A DNA stretch of 59,935 bases, counting the filler, from Dimargaris cristalligena (lineage: Eukaryota), in NCBI GenBank assembly GCA_003614675.1. It is 2 parts of 2 records of this genome, joined end to end, with 100 filler letters (N's around TTAATTAATTAA, not from the genome) between each part and the next. Parts side by side here need not be neighbours in the genome. Positions count along the whole stretch, not along the records: positions 30,045 to 59,935 come from ML002471.1; 1 more part is not named here. The stretch is one strand, 5' to 3'. Under the pieces are notes generated by a model. It saw only the letters and a list, made by a program, of their open reading frames with translations, had not been told where the DNA came from and searched no databases. Made by a program: the position numbers and the translations under genes. Below, one piece after another: positions 34,461 to 47,213 of the stretch (position 1 is the stretch's first letter; every line of letters begins with the position of its first letter).

Positions 34461-36018
34461 CTAATTGGCCATATATTGGGTATATTCAGGTAGCCAGTCG
34501 GGAATACTCATGCTTACCGAATCAAGAATTGCCTCGACCTCGGATGTGGGAAGCCAGGCCGACTCTTGGGTGTCCAAATCGGGCAGCAAATTTACTACAG
34601 TTGACCGGCAGACGCGAATAGCTAACCGGAGTTTCCCTTGGGCATCGTAATCCATATGAATGAACTTCCGGGCGGTGGCCTGTTTGAGTGTTTGAAGCGT
34701 ATCCCAAGCCGGTTGACCTTCGGGAAGCAGAGCGGCGGCCTTTGCCATACCCAGTTGCTGGGCCATGGCCTTCATCGGACTGGCCTTGGTAGCGAGATGT
34801 AGAGCCCGCGCGTGGAATTCGATCCCGCCGAACTCTAAAACCAGGAGGGCCAGATAGCGGGGCAGGGTGGGGGAGGTGGACGAACACCCCCTGTCCATTG
34901 CCTCCAGCAGACCTAATAGTTTACGGTACTCTCCATTAAAGGCTAAAACGGCGCCAATACCCATAAGGGTTTCTTCGTAAATAGGGTATTCACCGAAATG
35001 CCAGTCAAATGTAACGGATGCCTGGTTATTTACCCTTTCCGGTGCATTGGAATCAATCGCGATGGTCAGGGGGCCTGAACTGGCCCTTTGGGCGTTCAAT
35101 TTGTATTGGAGGTAGGCCTGGAGCAGATCATCCATGGGTTCAGCCGACAGGAGCTCGACTAATGGAAAAGCGACACTACGTTGAGAGGCGGATAGTTCAC
35201 CGTAGTGAAGGTACCCCCAGTCGGCATGGATAGCCTGGAATATTCCCGGAATCGAAGCCGATTTTAAATGGGCCCGCATCAATTTCCCGCCTATACGCAT
35301 TAATCTCAGTTCTTTGTAGGCGGTACCATAAAGGAATTCCCAGGCACGAACGAGTAGGGCACTATTGACCTGCACCGGTAGAAGCTTTTTGAACGCGGCA
35401 AAGTCGGCGGTCCCACTTTCAAGACAAGGCCAGACCTTCGTCTAATACGGGTATGATAAAAAATAAATGCATCGATTAGCATGTAAATAAGCGTATACCA
35501 TTACGGCTATTTCACTGGCAACGATATAACGTAATTCTCTGCGGGAATAATCGGTTATTTCAGCTCAATGAAGTACCGCTGTCTGCGAACCACTTAATTA
35601 ATTTAAGTGGAATGCAACCAGGTAAAAAAATACTAGAAGTTTGCCCATATTGAAAGGGACTAGCAGTTACCTCTATAAGGAGTTGCATGCGACGGTTGCT
35701 CATAAATTTTTCGGGCATGTTTTCAAAGGCGTTGGATAGCTGCCAAAGGCTTCCCAGGGACAATTGGTCCACAATGATATTGAATAATTCCTGGGGCAAA
35801 GCCATCAAATCTTTAAATACGAATCCGGTTTGGATTTCTTTACGCTTTTCTTTACTGGCTGTCGAATACCGAGCAATGTAAGGGCGGGAGGCGGCGGCTA
35901 CCTGTGTTTCAACGTCATGCAACTGCTCCGGGAACCGTTCTCTATCAGCGGGATGTCCCAACGTGTCACGGGTGAGTACGAGCACCCATAGAGTGATAGG
36001 TAAGAGAAGGGCCCTCAT
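34461..36018 (-). CDS. Putative secreted protein with F-box-like motif, 2 exons (36018-35671, 35441-34461), ~442 aa
   Basis: Signal-peptide-like MRALLLPITLWVLVLTRDTLG; 'LMALPQELFNIIVDQLSLGSLWQLS'. GAG|GTAACT donor, GCTAAT branch-like site and TTAG acceptor join the two ORFs in phase 0. Confidence 0.7.
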
Positions 36019-37239
36019 TAAAGGAAATTAATTTGAAAATGATAGAAATAATAGGTGGGGCGGGGAGATACCGGAGGGGGGGGTAATCAGAAGTATAGAA
36101 GTTGATTGGAAATTAGATAGAGCTTGACTCTGCAGAGGAATATAGATGTGGGGCTGGCAGGGACATGGTGGGGGGAAATATGGAGCAGGGAAGAGGAGGG
36201 AAGAGGAGGGGGGAGGAGGGGTGTGTGTGCTATTTATGGTTCGGCTGACAGGATGGGGAGAGATAATAGTGCCTTGGAGATATGGCAGCGCTCGGAGAGA
36301 TGATCAAAAAGATACTGAGTGACATGGCTTCCGATCAAGCCGAGTGTAAAGAGGTGGGTGAGACAAGGGTACCACATAAAGAGTGGAGAGAGGGGGGAGA
36401 TTTCCATGGTAGCTCATGATTTGGTAATAACAATCCCAATCTATTTCTATTTCTGCGAGGTGGGCTCTTGAAAGTTGGTTGCCCTATGGTATCTAAATGT
36501 GCTTGGACGGAGAGGGATTGGGGAAGATGGGGAATGGAAGACATATTGGCCCGATTACGGGGGGACACCCACCATCGTACTGATTAAAATGGGTTATAAT
36601 TGTACCATAGCCCCCTCGCTCATTATAGGCACTTGTCACACTTGAATTTGCTACCTGTCAACTAAGCCCATGTCTCTTGCCAAATAAGTGCATGCCTTTA
36701 TATTACATGGTAAAATTGGACGGACATTTGCTTGGAACCGAACTTCCCCCTCTGTCCCCATCCCCGCAACTGGAACTGCCATGGTGTATCTTGGCTAGCC
36801 CTACCCCAAATAGAGGTAGATACGAATCGTAGAATACAAAGCTTCGCTGCCGAATGCTTGAATATGGGCCCTAAATTCGAAAGTTAGAGTGTCCTTGTGG
36901 ATCGAGCTGATTAGACCCGCATCACCCGGTTTATTTATCCACAAAAATGTGATTACATGACCCCGATACCCATGACCATTGTCCCTCTGCATTATTACGT
37001 TAAAGATCGATAGGTTGATTTATTAAAACCATCTTTCTGGCTGGTGTCTAATAAAGAAAGGTACCATAGGTACTAAGCAACCGAATAGCCCACTTGAGGG
37101 AGTAAAGCCAAAAAATAGGCGTTTAAGAGATTCCCGAAACTAAATAAAATCTAAGTTACTAACTGCTGCTATTTCTATTCCAAATACAGGGATAGGCCCG
37201 AGAGCGCTGTATGGACACTACAAGCGCACAATTGCGTTA

Positions 37240-37620
37240 TTAAAACCGCCAATCTTGAGCCAAAGTTCTTTCGGTTTCTGCGGACCGGGGTCGGTTGCTA
37301 TTCCACGGTAGGGGAGGGGTCTGGGATTCGCTCTCGATTTTCTCGGCAGCATCGACATATTTACTATTACGGCCGTAATTGGGCACATCACTATAGACTT
37401 CGGGTCCGGCTTCAACATCATCCCAGTTGGAATAGGCATCGGCATATAGGTCTCCGGCCCTAGTATTTCCATGTTCATACGGACTGTATCCGATGTTCTG
37501 CAACGTCGAAGATAAAGGATTATGAGAGTAGGTCAATGGAATGTTGATGGGGTTCCCGTAGGGTAGGGCGCTGGCAATGGACAGCTGGGCGATACACAGA
37601 GCGACAACAAAAAGCTTCAT
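37240..37620 (-). CDS. Small secreted orphan protein (126 aa)
   Basis: Classical signal peptide MKLFVVALCIAQLSIASA|LP; CACGATG start context; TATAAATA at about 37796-37803 on the minus strand. Confidence 0.75.
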   Translation of the reverse strand: MKLFVVALCIAQLSIASALPYGNPINIPLTYSHNPLSSTLQNIGYSPYEHGNTRAGDLYADAYSNWDDVEAGPEVYSDVPNYGRNSKYVDAAEKIESESQTPPLPWNSNRPRSAETERTLAQDWRF

Positions 37621-39033
37621 CGTGATGGTCGAGGCGAAACAGTGGGGTTAGAGAGTATGACCGAATAATAATCGCCAATGTACAATAAAAGGACTTTGCC
37701 GTGGATGGTGGTGTGATAAAAGAAGGAGAAGGTATAGAATAGCAAGACTGTAGCTGACTGGGATAGGGTAGCTTCATGGGCCCGCTGGGTCAAGGTATTT
37801 ATATTGGCCTAACTTTTGCCAAGGCTCACCGCAAGCATATCCTCTCTCCCTCTCTATGCCTCTGCCTCGCCAACATACAAAAATAGAAGGGACATTAAAG
37901 ACGAAGAGGACGGACTATACCCAACCACAGCAGTCCCCTAGGCCGTCCCGTTTTGGTGCCTTGCACACGACTAAACTGGTCGGGACCCCCCGGATTCGAT
38001 TAACCATTCGTCCAGCGCGTAGGCCTTGCCTAAAAATAGCGACTAGGGAACCATGAATGCTCTTTGTACTATTGTCCCTTTTTCGATGGTGCCAATCAAC
38101 GACCCTAATAGTGGGACCCCGTGAAGTACAAGGGTCAGGACTATCTTTAACCGAAGCGCGGTACCTGCTCGACTCCTTCGATCCCCCCTATTAAGGGCCC
38201 GGGGTACCCACCGCTTTAATAGTTGCTCATGTAGATATCCCTCATTTCAAGTAGGCGGTGGATGGACGGATGCCGTCCCTACCTTCACCAAAGCAGCATG
38301 GTCCGGCTTTCTTTAGCTACACCCCGAAATAGTCCCCGAGCCGACCACAGCTCGGCAGCTTTGGGCTCTTGGCTACCGCCTATCGCGTGAGCACAGTTAG
38401 ACTATTATTCATAGCAATAGTACACTTGTGATACAAACCACCGGGTTCTCGTAAACTGTTTAAAAGGACTATGCCAAAACAGTCCAGCCTGCCTGCAAAC
38501 CAGCGGAAAAGCACCAGTTAAATCACCGGCCTAATAGTTGGTGTACATCTCCCAGATACTCACTCAGCCACCGTGGGTCGCCATTTCCACGCTATATGTT
38601 AAGCACATGGGGCAATGGTGTGCCATTGGGACAGGCTTGGTGGAATCAGGCAGCAGTTGTACTTACCATACCCAGTCCATTAAACTAAGGGATGGAGTAT
38701 GAATTAAACAAAAATAAGATTGTCAACTGTTTAATAAAATACACTAGGTTCGTTAGGGGGTCGTATTGTCATTAAAGGCTATACTCGGGTAAAAGGTGGA
38801 AAGAGCGGGCATGGTCATAAAATGGACCTCCGTTGAAGGAGAATACCGGGTGGGCCGAAGAGTAAGGGAAGCCGGGATAAAAATTACAAAAGAAAAGATG
38901 ATTGTTTAAGATTAGATAAAAAAAATCATGGAATAGGTGTTCAAGTGAACGACTGGATAAGAGAATATCGGGAATGGAAGGGAGACGGCACCCTGGCTTG
39001 GAGCAGGGAGGGCCGGCATAGGGAGGAAGGGAC

Positions 39034-39889
39034 TTAAGGGCTGGTTTGCCAAGTTAGGGGCACGACGACCTTGCCCACGAATTGAATTTGGTCCTGCTGG
39101 AGGGCCGTTTCCAGCGCATCCATAGTCTGCATAATCAACCGACGGTCGTCATCCCGCACGATGCCCTCCGCAAACAGCGTTCGGGGGTCACATACGGTGG
39201 GGGTAGCCGACAGGGATAGACTCGGGAAACGGCCTCGGCCCCCGTAGCTCCGGGGTCGACGACTAGGGGAGCCGCTGCCGGCGACCCCCGGGCGCGGTAC
39301 CACAGTGGCCGGTGAGGGGTCGCCTACGGCAGTCTGGGTGCGCGGCCGACCCTCCGGCGGCGGGGCGGGGCGGGCTGTGCGACTGGGCACACTATGCTCG
39401 GCCAGGTCAATGGACTCGCGGGGCCGTGGGTCTTCTTCGGGGTCGTACTGCTTCATGAGTTCACGGTAGACGGCCGCCTGGTGGTTGATGTCCGCACTAC
39501 TCTTGGGGTTATATTGGGTAAATGGAGTAGCCTGGATCAGCTCATGTTCGGTCTTGCTCACAATGTGGCGCTGGTACTCGCTATCATCCTGGGCCTGGCG
39601 GGTTAGTGTGTCCGAACTAGGATTGGATGGTAGTTGGGGTTCCTGGGTGTAGGAGGGAACTTCGCGATCGCCCAACAAAGGCGATGCGGCGGCCTGACCA
39701 GGGGGGGGGGGTGAACAGCAAAACAGAAAGGGGGAAATTGGGAGGGATTAGGTGAGCATATAGGTAGGCGCAACTTGAAACTGGGCTATATTCTATAGGT
39801 ATAAGTGGGTAGTGGACAAAGCCCGAATTCTGAAACGGCTAACCTACCGAGTCGTCGTCGCCGGACTCGTGGCTATAGCAACAGCCCAT
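39034..39889 (-). CDS. LAMTOR1/Ego1(Meh1)-like Ragulator/EGO anchor, 2 exons (39889-39848, 39693-39034), ~233 aa
   Basis: MGCCYS N-terminus (myristoylation + palmitoylation pattern), acidic stretch then 'SPLL' dileucine-type signal, 'HIVSKTEHELI', C-terminal 'VGKVVVPL'. GTAGGT donor and CAG acceptor, phase 0. Confidence 0.75.
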
Positions 39890-40607
39890 ATTGCGGACTT
39901 TTAAAACCAACAAACGGCGCTGGATCTACTTGGGCTACGGACGAGAGTTGGAAATCGGCACGCGAGTGACCACGGGTGTTTACCGTAGGAGAATCCTATT
40001 GGTAATGGTAAAGTGGAGAATAAACTAGCAACGGGGATGGTTCGACAAGGTGGCGGAAGTTGCCGCAAGAGTATGGGCGTGTCTAGCGAAGAATACTGGC
40101 CAACGATCGCGCAAGGTGGATGGTAAAAGTAAATAGGGAAACGAATGAAATCTAGCTACACTGAAAGATGAGGTCAACATGGGGGGTATCCTTCACGGCT
40201 TCCCTTTGTGTTCACTCACAGTGACAGTACGGGTAAAGCGACCCAAGGGATGTTGGCTGGGAGCATGTGTAAGGTTAGATTAATTACTCTTCCTCCCCCC
40301 ACCAGGAGGTAAACAAAGTTATATTGAACCTTGGCCTATATTGGAACTTCTCTACCATACCCCCCAGATGACTGTGATTGATGCTCATCCATCCCAAATC
40401 CGGCTGATCATGGTGGGTGGGTAGGGTAAGGCCCTCATGGCGTTGACTGGTCAGCACCTCATTTACTATAGATCATTAAAATCAAAAAGACGGGGCTTGG
40501 TGTTTATTAAATATGCTTCAGAACTAAAAACCGAACAACAAAACTAATTTAATAGTAACCAACCGCTAGAGTCGTATACCAGGTCGACTGTCAAAAAGCC
40601 CTGTTTT

Positions 40608-42713
40608 TTAATTGAGTAGATTTTTTATGTCCAATACAGAGGAATGCGCTGGCGGTGATGATGGGGTACGACGGGTGAACTCCTCCGAACGGACCGAATT
40701 ATAGGTCAGAAGATCGCCCTGGGACGTGGGTAGCTGAGATCCCTTGAGGGTGGGCGATACGAAGTTGGAATCAGTCTCGTCGTCACTCGTATGGTGGTGG
40801 TCTACTTTAGCCCGTTTGCACAGGCTTTGGTGCTCCGACCAGTCGTCGGAAGTATCGGATATCACTGTTTCGGGATTACTCCGAATCGACCCAGTGGGGG
40901 AAAGTGGAAGGGTCTCTTTGAGTGAGGGCATGGCCGGTGGGGTGTGTAGCTGGAAGCGCCGCACACCATGGCTAAGACCCGGGTGAGTTTTCGCTGGTGT
41001 AGCCATAGCATCCATAGTGTAAGGCAAGGTGGGACAACTGCCCGCCGGGTTAGTCTCGCCCGAAGCGGCCGAGTTAAAGAACCGAGGGGACCGGTAATGC
41101 CGACGATTCAGCGACGGACTGCCGCCGCTCATGGGAGGCAGAGTGAGCGACGGCAGGGGTCCGGCCATGGACGGTAATGGACTTCCCCCTACACTACCGC
41201 CACCACTGCCATTGCCATTTAGAAAACGGGCGTACGAATCGGCCATGGACGGCCGACCCAGCGGAGGGGGCATACCACCACCCGGGGTGGACAGATACCC
41301 GGGGGAAATGGGGAAAACGTACCCCGGGTAGGCTGACTTATACTTGGGCGTCAGTTCCATCCCACCGTGGTAAGCCACGAGCGGGCGAGGGGGAACCAAG
41401 GCATTATGAGCGTTGCCGGGGAGTAAATGGCTAAACTTCTCCAGATGGGCCGAATGGATGGTCCAGTAGTCACCCTTACCTCCGCCATTACTGAAATGAT
41501 CAGCGGGGATACGGATAAAACTCTTGTTTAGCGACAAGTTGTGGCGCACCGAATTTTGCCAGCCCTGACTTTCCTTGGTCTGGAAATACGGGTAGTGGTC
41601 GCTGATCCACCGATAAATGGTACTCAGACGGGCCATGCGGCCGGGACTAGCCAGGATGGCCCGGGCAATTAGTGTGGAGTACGTTTCCCGGGGTTTCTCC
41701 AATTTACCCGTAGCCGCTGACGCGCTACCTAGGGGAGGAGGGGATTTGTGGGGCGTATGCGGCGCGGTAACGGGAGTTAGGGAACCTCCTCCCCCGGGGC
41801 CCGATGGACTCATGGTGGGAGGGGGCCCTCCGCACCCGCGCACACGTACTGCCAGTGGGGAATCATGGAGCAATGGCCCAGGTCCCGGCAAATAATCGTA
41901 AGGGTAGGTGGGGGGGACGAGGGTCGTGCCAGCCGGCCGACTGAGCGGGGAAAACCCTCCGCCATGGTCACCCGGGTGGGAGTGGGAGTGGGGCTGAGGG
42001 TGGTTTGGGGTGAAGGCTGTGAGCCGATTGCGTTTCTGACTGGGGGTAGCTGAACCCCCTCCACAGGGACTTTGGGTGTACATAGGGCCCCCCATGGGGG
42101 TCAGCGGCGACCAGTATGCACCGGGGGCCGTAGCCGAATGACGAGTTGAGCGCAGGTCAGGAGTGAAGGACTTGAACGGAGGCACCGCATAGGGGTACGG
42201 CGAACCAGGCGTACTGTTGTTGCTACTGTTCCGGGCTGAACCACCGCCACCACCTCCCATGGGGGTAGTGGGGTGAAAGGAAGCCGAGCGGGCGGAGAGG
42301 GGTTTGGGGACAACTACCGTGGGGGACTGGGCCAACCGGCTCGATTCATGGGAGAGGGGAGGTAGGGGACGCTCGGCTGAAATGGGACTCCAGAAACCGG
42401 CCTGATAGTCGGCCGTGCAGGAGAGCGACAGTGGGGCACGTCTGCAGTCCATGGTGACTGAATAATTCCCGCCGAATGAGGTGGTGGCGAGAGGCTGGGG
42501 ACTGGGACACGGATGGGATAATACGGACCGAGTGTCACTAGCCATTCGAATAGGGGTAGTACTATTGCTACTACTACTACAATTACTATTACTACGGCCA
42601 CTCGGGGGTGCGGGACTTCGGGCTGTGGGGTAAGTATCCGGGCTCAAGGAGGGAATGGCCTTGACGAAATTAATCATCGCTGGATTTATTAGGATGCGAG
42701 GATCCGAGGTCAT
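40608..42713 (-). CDS. Forkhead-box transcription factor (~701 aa, no FHA domain seen)
   Basis: Forkhead domain 'KPRETYSTLIARAILASP..LSTIYRWISDHYPYF..GWQNSVRHNLSLNKSFIRIP..GKGDYWTI'. First ATG at 42713; an acceptor-like CTGCAG at 42814 suggests an upstream intron. Confidence 0.92.
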   Translation of the reverse strand: MTSDPRILINPAMINFVKAIPSLSPDTYPTARSPAPPSGRSNSNCSSSSNSTTPIRMASDTRSVLSHPCPSPQPLATTSFGGNYSVTMDCRRAPLSLSCTADYQAGFWSPISAERPLPPLSHESSRLAQSPTVVVPKPLSARSASFHPTTPMGGGGGGSARNSSNNSTPGSPYPYAVPPFKSFTPDLRSTRHSATAPGAYWSPLTPMGGPMYTQSPCGGGSATPSQKRNRLTAFTPNHPQPHSHSHPGDHGGGFSPLSRPAGTTLVPPTYPYDYLPGPGPLLHDSPLAVRVRGCGGPPPTMSPSGPGGGGSLTPVTAPHTPHKSPPPLGSASAATGKLEKPRETYSTLIARAILASPGRMARLSTIYRWISDHYPYFQTKESQGWQNSVRHNLSLNKSFIRIPADHFSNGGGKGDYWTIHSAHLEKFSHLLPGNAHNALVPPRPLVAYHGGMELTPKYKSAYPGYVFPISPGYLSTPGGGMPPPLGRPSMADSYARFLNGNGSGGGSVGGSPLPSMAGPLPSLTLPPMSGGSPSLNRRHYRSPRFFNSAASGETNPAGSCPTLPYTMDAMATPAKTHPGLSHGVRRFQLHTPPAMPSLKETLPLSPTGSIRSNPETVISDTSDDWSEHQSLCKRAKVDHHHTSDDETDSNFVSPTLKGSQLPTSQGDLLTYNSVRSEEFTRRTPSSPPAHSSVLDIKNLLN

Positions 42714-45700
42714 ATTGTCTACCGCTCTTAACCTAGTGTTTGGTGATAGGGGAAACGAGAGAGTGATTGAGGGACCGTAAATGGTTGACGAACCTCGAGG
42801 CAATATACACAATCTGCAGGTGGTTAAATTAATCGGTAGTGGGACCAGTGAGCAGTTATAATAAAGTCACTGCGAGTAGTCAACAAAGCTGAATTCAGGA
42901 CGGATTCCACTAGCGCTGCACAATTTAAGCTATCCCAATTCGGACGGCGTGACAGGGGTTAATATCACGTTAAAATGTAATGGAATTCAGGAGTTGGGAG
43001 AGATACCCTTATATAAATCCTAATCACAAGTGAGAGAAATCAGACAGGGGAAGGGGATGGCAGGGAATCAAGGTTGACACTGGTTCAGTGGACAGGAGAT
43101 GGAAGAGCCAGTCTACAAAATGAATGATAACGAAGAAAGTTAAGGGGAAACCGGGTGACAAATGCTGTCAGATACGAGTTCGGCAACGAAATAAATAGAT
43201 AGATTAGCAGAGTAATTGAAGGAAAATGGAAAATGTTAATAGCGGTAATTAGTGACTGCAGTCGGAGGAAATCTTGCTTGGGAGGAATAACAATCTTCTA
43301 TATTATAAATGGTGTTCGTAAAAGGTGGGGGTGTAGTCGTGAAATGAGAAGGATGAAATACCGCGCTAAAGCAATCAGCAAGCTTATGACAGGATAAAAT
43401 GAATTAATAAGTTCCTGGTACGGGAGGTGGAGTAAGGCGGGTGCGATGAACCATGCGATGTTCAAGAAAAAGAAGAAATGTGGGTCGATTTTACTTGCTG
43501 AATAATATAAAGAAGCAATTCTACAAAACGTTAAAGAGCGAGGGGGAGCCAACAACCAAAAGAAATCATTAAAGGGGATAATTTGTGACTATATCAGCTA
43601 GCCATAAAAGTCTAAACACGGGAATAATTATTGAGAGAGGGATATGGATGAGAGTGAAATGAAGCAATGGGAAGGGGAGAGAGGGGGGGTTAGTTGGTCG
43701 TGGCGAGCCGGCTGCGTAAGCTAGGGGGATGGCTGGGGAATGGCTAGGTTAAATACCCTTTCCCTTATACATAGCGGCCTCACGGTCTCATACATAACTA
43801 CACAGGTAAATGTCTAGTGTGTCTAGAATAGTAACGTATACATGTATGAATAAAAAACCCTTTATACTATAAATTCTGTACCCAGTGGGCGAGAGAACGG
43901 GAGAGAGAGAGAGAGAGAAAGAGGGTTAGCCAGGATTAGGATCAGGGGCTCGTAAAATGCAGGGTCGCACTACTCCAATGACACGCGCCCCCATTACCCT
44001 GCGATGCAACCGGTAGCCTCATAGTTCCGTGTGCTTTGTTACCCAATATATTATCTCTTTAGGTGATCGAATACAGGGCTGCTAAGAAGTAGAGAGGGGA
44101 CACTACCACGTATGGGTGGGTGGTGTGGTACACTATCGGTATTGCATGGGGTTAGCATCGTTGGTATGATTGACTCTAGATTAAATGTCGCTTCTCTCCC
44201 CTTCTCCTTCCCATCGCTCCTGGCATTCACATTCTCTATTACGGTTGCATTTGGTATAGCCAGTCATACTTGTTCGTACATATGTCCACCTCTACTACTG
44301 CCACTACTACTCGTTTTATATTCTAGTGGTCCAGAAATCGGCGCCAACCGATGTAATGAGAAGCCACGGGGAGGTGAGAGATACTTACAAAGAGCCTGTC
44401 AATGATGCATCTCATTGCAAGGACTCTTGCCCAAGGAGGACTGGTGGTAAAACTGGCCTACGGGTTTGTAACGAAGACAAAAATACAGCCAGTCGACTGA
44501 TAAGTGCTTTGCAATGTGACATTGCTATGCATCATGTCCGGATAAAGCCCATTGTAATATGATCGCATAGTACAAAGTAATAGTTTCTTCAGTCTGAAAA
44601 AGGTGGGACTGTAATAATGACTGTGGGTTGGAATGAACGGTACATAGGTTCATTACTTGGTACTAGCAACTCGTATCTAATCGACGACCCAGTGGGACCC
44701 TCAGTCTGGTATCGACCACATAATAATAGCTCTACCATCCCGCTATGTGGATACATGGGGAGGGGAGAGTGCCTTCGGTGGTTTGTAGTCTTGCATTCAT
44801 AAGCCGAACACTGCCCGCTAAAATATACTGTAATGGGAATGCCAAAACACGAATTGACCCACTCTCGGCCTATTTTTTCTGGGTTTCTAAGTTATATAGT
44901 AACGAATTCCAGGCTCCCGACTGAACCGCTTTGCTTGGGTGGGTCGGGGGAAAGGAGGGGAGGTTGTCCATTGTGCCCGTTACCCTCATACTGGTTAGAA
45001 TTGATTGCCACACACACCTGTATCCACTGCACTGGTATGTGGGACCCTCTTTGGCGACCGTCTCACAGAGAAGCCCCTTTAAGGGATTCGCAATGAATCG
45101 CTGATTCGGAAGGCTCGCCGAACTAATCAGGGCAGTGTGGACCCTTCAGACGGGAGCCCGTTCCACCCGGCTGTAGAAGGAAAAAAACCCTTCTGGGCGG
45201 AACAGGTTATCCGCATTTTGTAACCTTAGGCAAGTCCATGCATCCCTAACCAACCGACGTTGTTCCATCGCTCGCCTTACAAACTAGGGATAATTGGCCC
45301 GTAAAGCGGCGAGGTGTCTAGTGCTGACAAAATTGATCAGCACATTCTTAATTGAGTACCTGCGCCGTAGAGAATTTATATTTTAACGTATAGGTTTAAA
45401 AACCCGCAACTGTAGCTATTTGATATGACCTATTTTCACAAGTCCCCGATGGTACGAATAATGCTAACTATTAACTAGGAAAGTGAATACTGGGCTATAG
45501 GATTACACATCTGAATATTAAATGGGGGATAGGAGTCACTTGGTTGCCAAATCTCGAACAGGACCTAATGAAAGGGATATTTCAAAATTCGAAGGTCAAA
45601 TAAAGCATGACATGGGTAAAATTATGAAATGCCCTGAATATCTTAACACGCTTAATTATTTCTACTGATGGGTTAACTGAAGACTCGTTAGACTGGGGAG

Positions 45701-47213
45701 CATTCAGAGAGTAGAAACCAGGGCGGTGCATAGGCTATGGACGCGTTGAATAATATTGCCTATAAGTAAATATAGCCTCCCAACTCGGCATTGGATTCTT
45801 ACAAATGGGGAGGAGTTGCAAAAATAATAACTTCTGTTATGGCTACAGCCACTTTTATTTCATAGCTTCATATGTTATGCTGTTGCCGGCTTCATTCACT
45901 ACCCTCCACTAACATCCAGCCTCTACGTATATGGTTTACTTTGTCTTCGATTATTGTAATGGAGCCGAATGCCACTCAGCCATTAGTACTTAATGGCTCG
46001 ACACAAACTCTCCTCGGCCCACCAATGGCAGCTGTGAACAAATCAGCTTGTTGAAGTAGGGGTTGTGATTAATTATGGGTGAAACTTGGTCCAACTGTGC
46101 AATGAACCCCCAATTTGTTAAGCCAAAGTTTACACGTTAAAAATGCATTTCCCATCTACTCTTACCCGACCATTTTTATTGAATAATTATATACGGCTGC
46201 TATATGCTCCACCTCTAGTAAACTAGATTTCAGATGGAAAGCACTGTTTAGGCTAAATTCAAAATCACCCAACCGATGGGAAAATACATTCTGGAAACAG
46301 TTGTACAGAGAAACGCCGAACAACCGGCTGGGGATGACCCCTTATCAACTGTACACGGATACTCGCTTACATCCATTTAGGCCCGATTCTTAGGGTGATT
46401 CCCAATGACCTCGGTTAATAGGACTAGCCACATAAACGGGGACATGTATCACCCGTATGCTATAGCCACAATTTGCCTTCGAATTTAATCATTGGTAAGT
46501 CGGAATTTCATAATTTATAAAACACGCGCAGCCCATTCTAACTAGGGGGCTACATCATTTAGTACCGTACGCCAAAGGATAGCGCGACAAACAACCAGGT
46601 TTAATCAGTATGTTAAATAGGCCACTCTTCAATTATAGGTAAAGAGGCAACCACGAGATCCACGGTCACCAAGTCCTATTACTGATCATCAGATCTCTAG
46701 TAAGTCATAGATAAGAGGAGAGCCAAAAGTAGGGAGGGGGAGGGGGGATAAATTAGATATGAATACATTACAGTGATAGAATAGGAAAAGAAAGGATCGC
46801 AGGGGGGAGGGGGAGTGCAAATGAAAGAAATTCAGAACCAAATTACGGGGATATAAATATGCGAATAGAGGGACGGTTAATAGTAATTAAAGGAAAAGAA
46901 ATAGGGGGAGACTAGCAAGGTAAGAAGGGGTATGGAATATGAGTTTGGCTAATAAATAACCGATTAGTAGGGAATCTAAAACTACAGGTGCAAACCTGCA
47001 CAGAAGGTAAGCAGAGAAGAAAAGGAAGGGAAAAAGGAACAGGGACCTAGAGAGAGAGAGAGGGGGGGATATATGGGTAATAATAGTGTAAGCCAACCGA
47101 GTCAGTCTCATTTAAGCAGGAAGGACAATGGGGGGCGGCAATCAACCCCAATTAAGTAACCCTCACACACCCAAACTTAGAGACCCCCATCATCCGAATG
47201 GTCTGATGACTAT

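Noticed and set aside
40309-40316. Forkhead consensus site GTAAACAA upstream of the LAMTOR1-like gene
   Set aside because: A single short motif is expected by chance in 60 kb.
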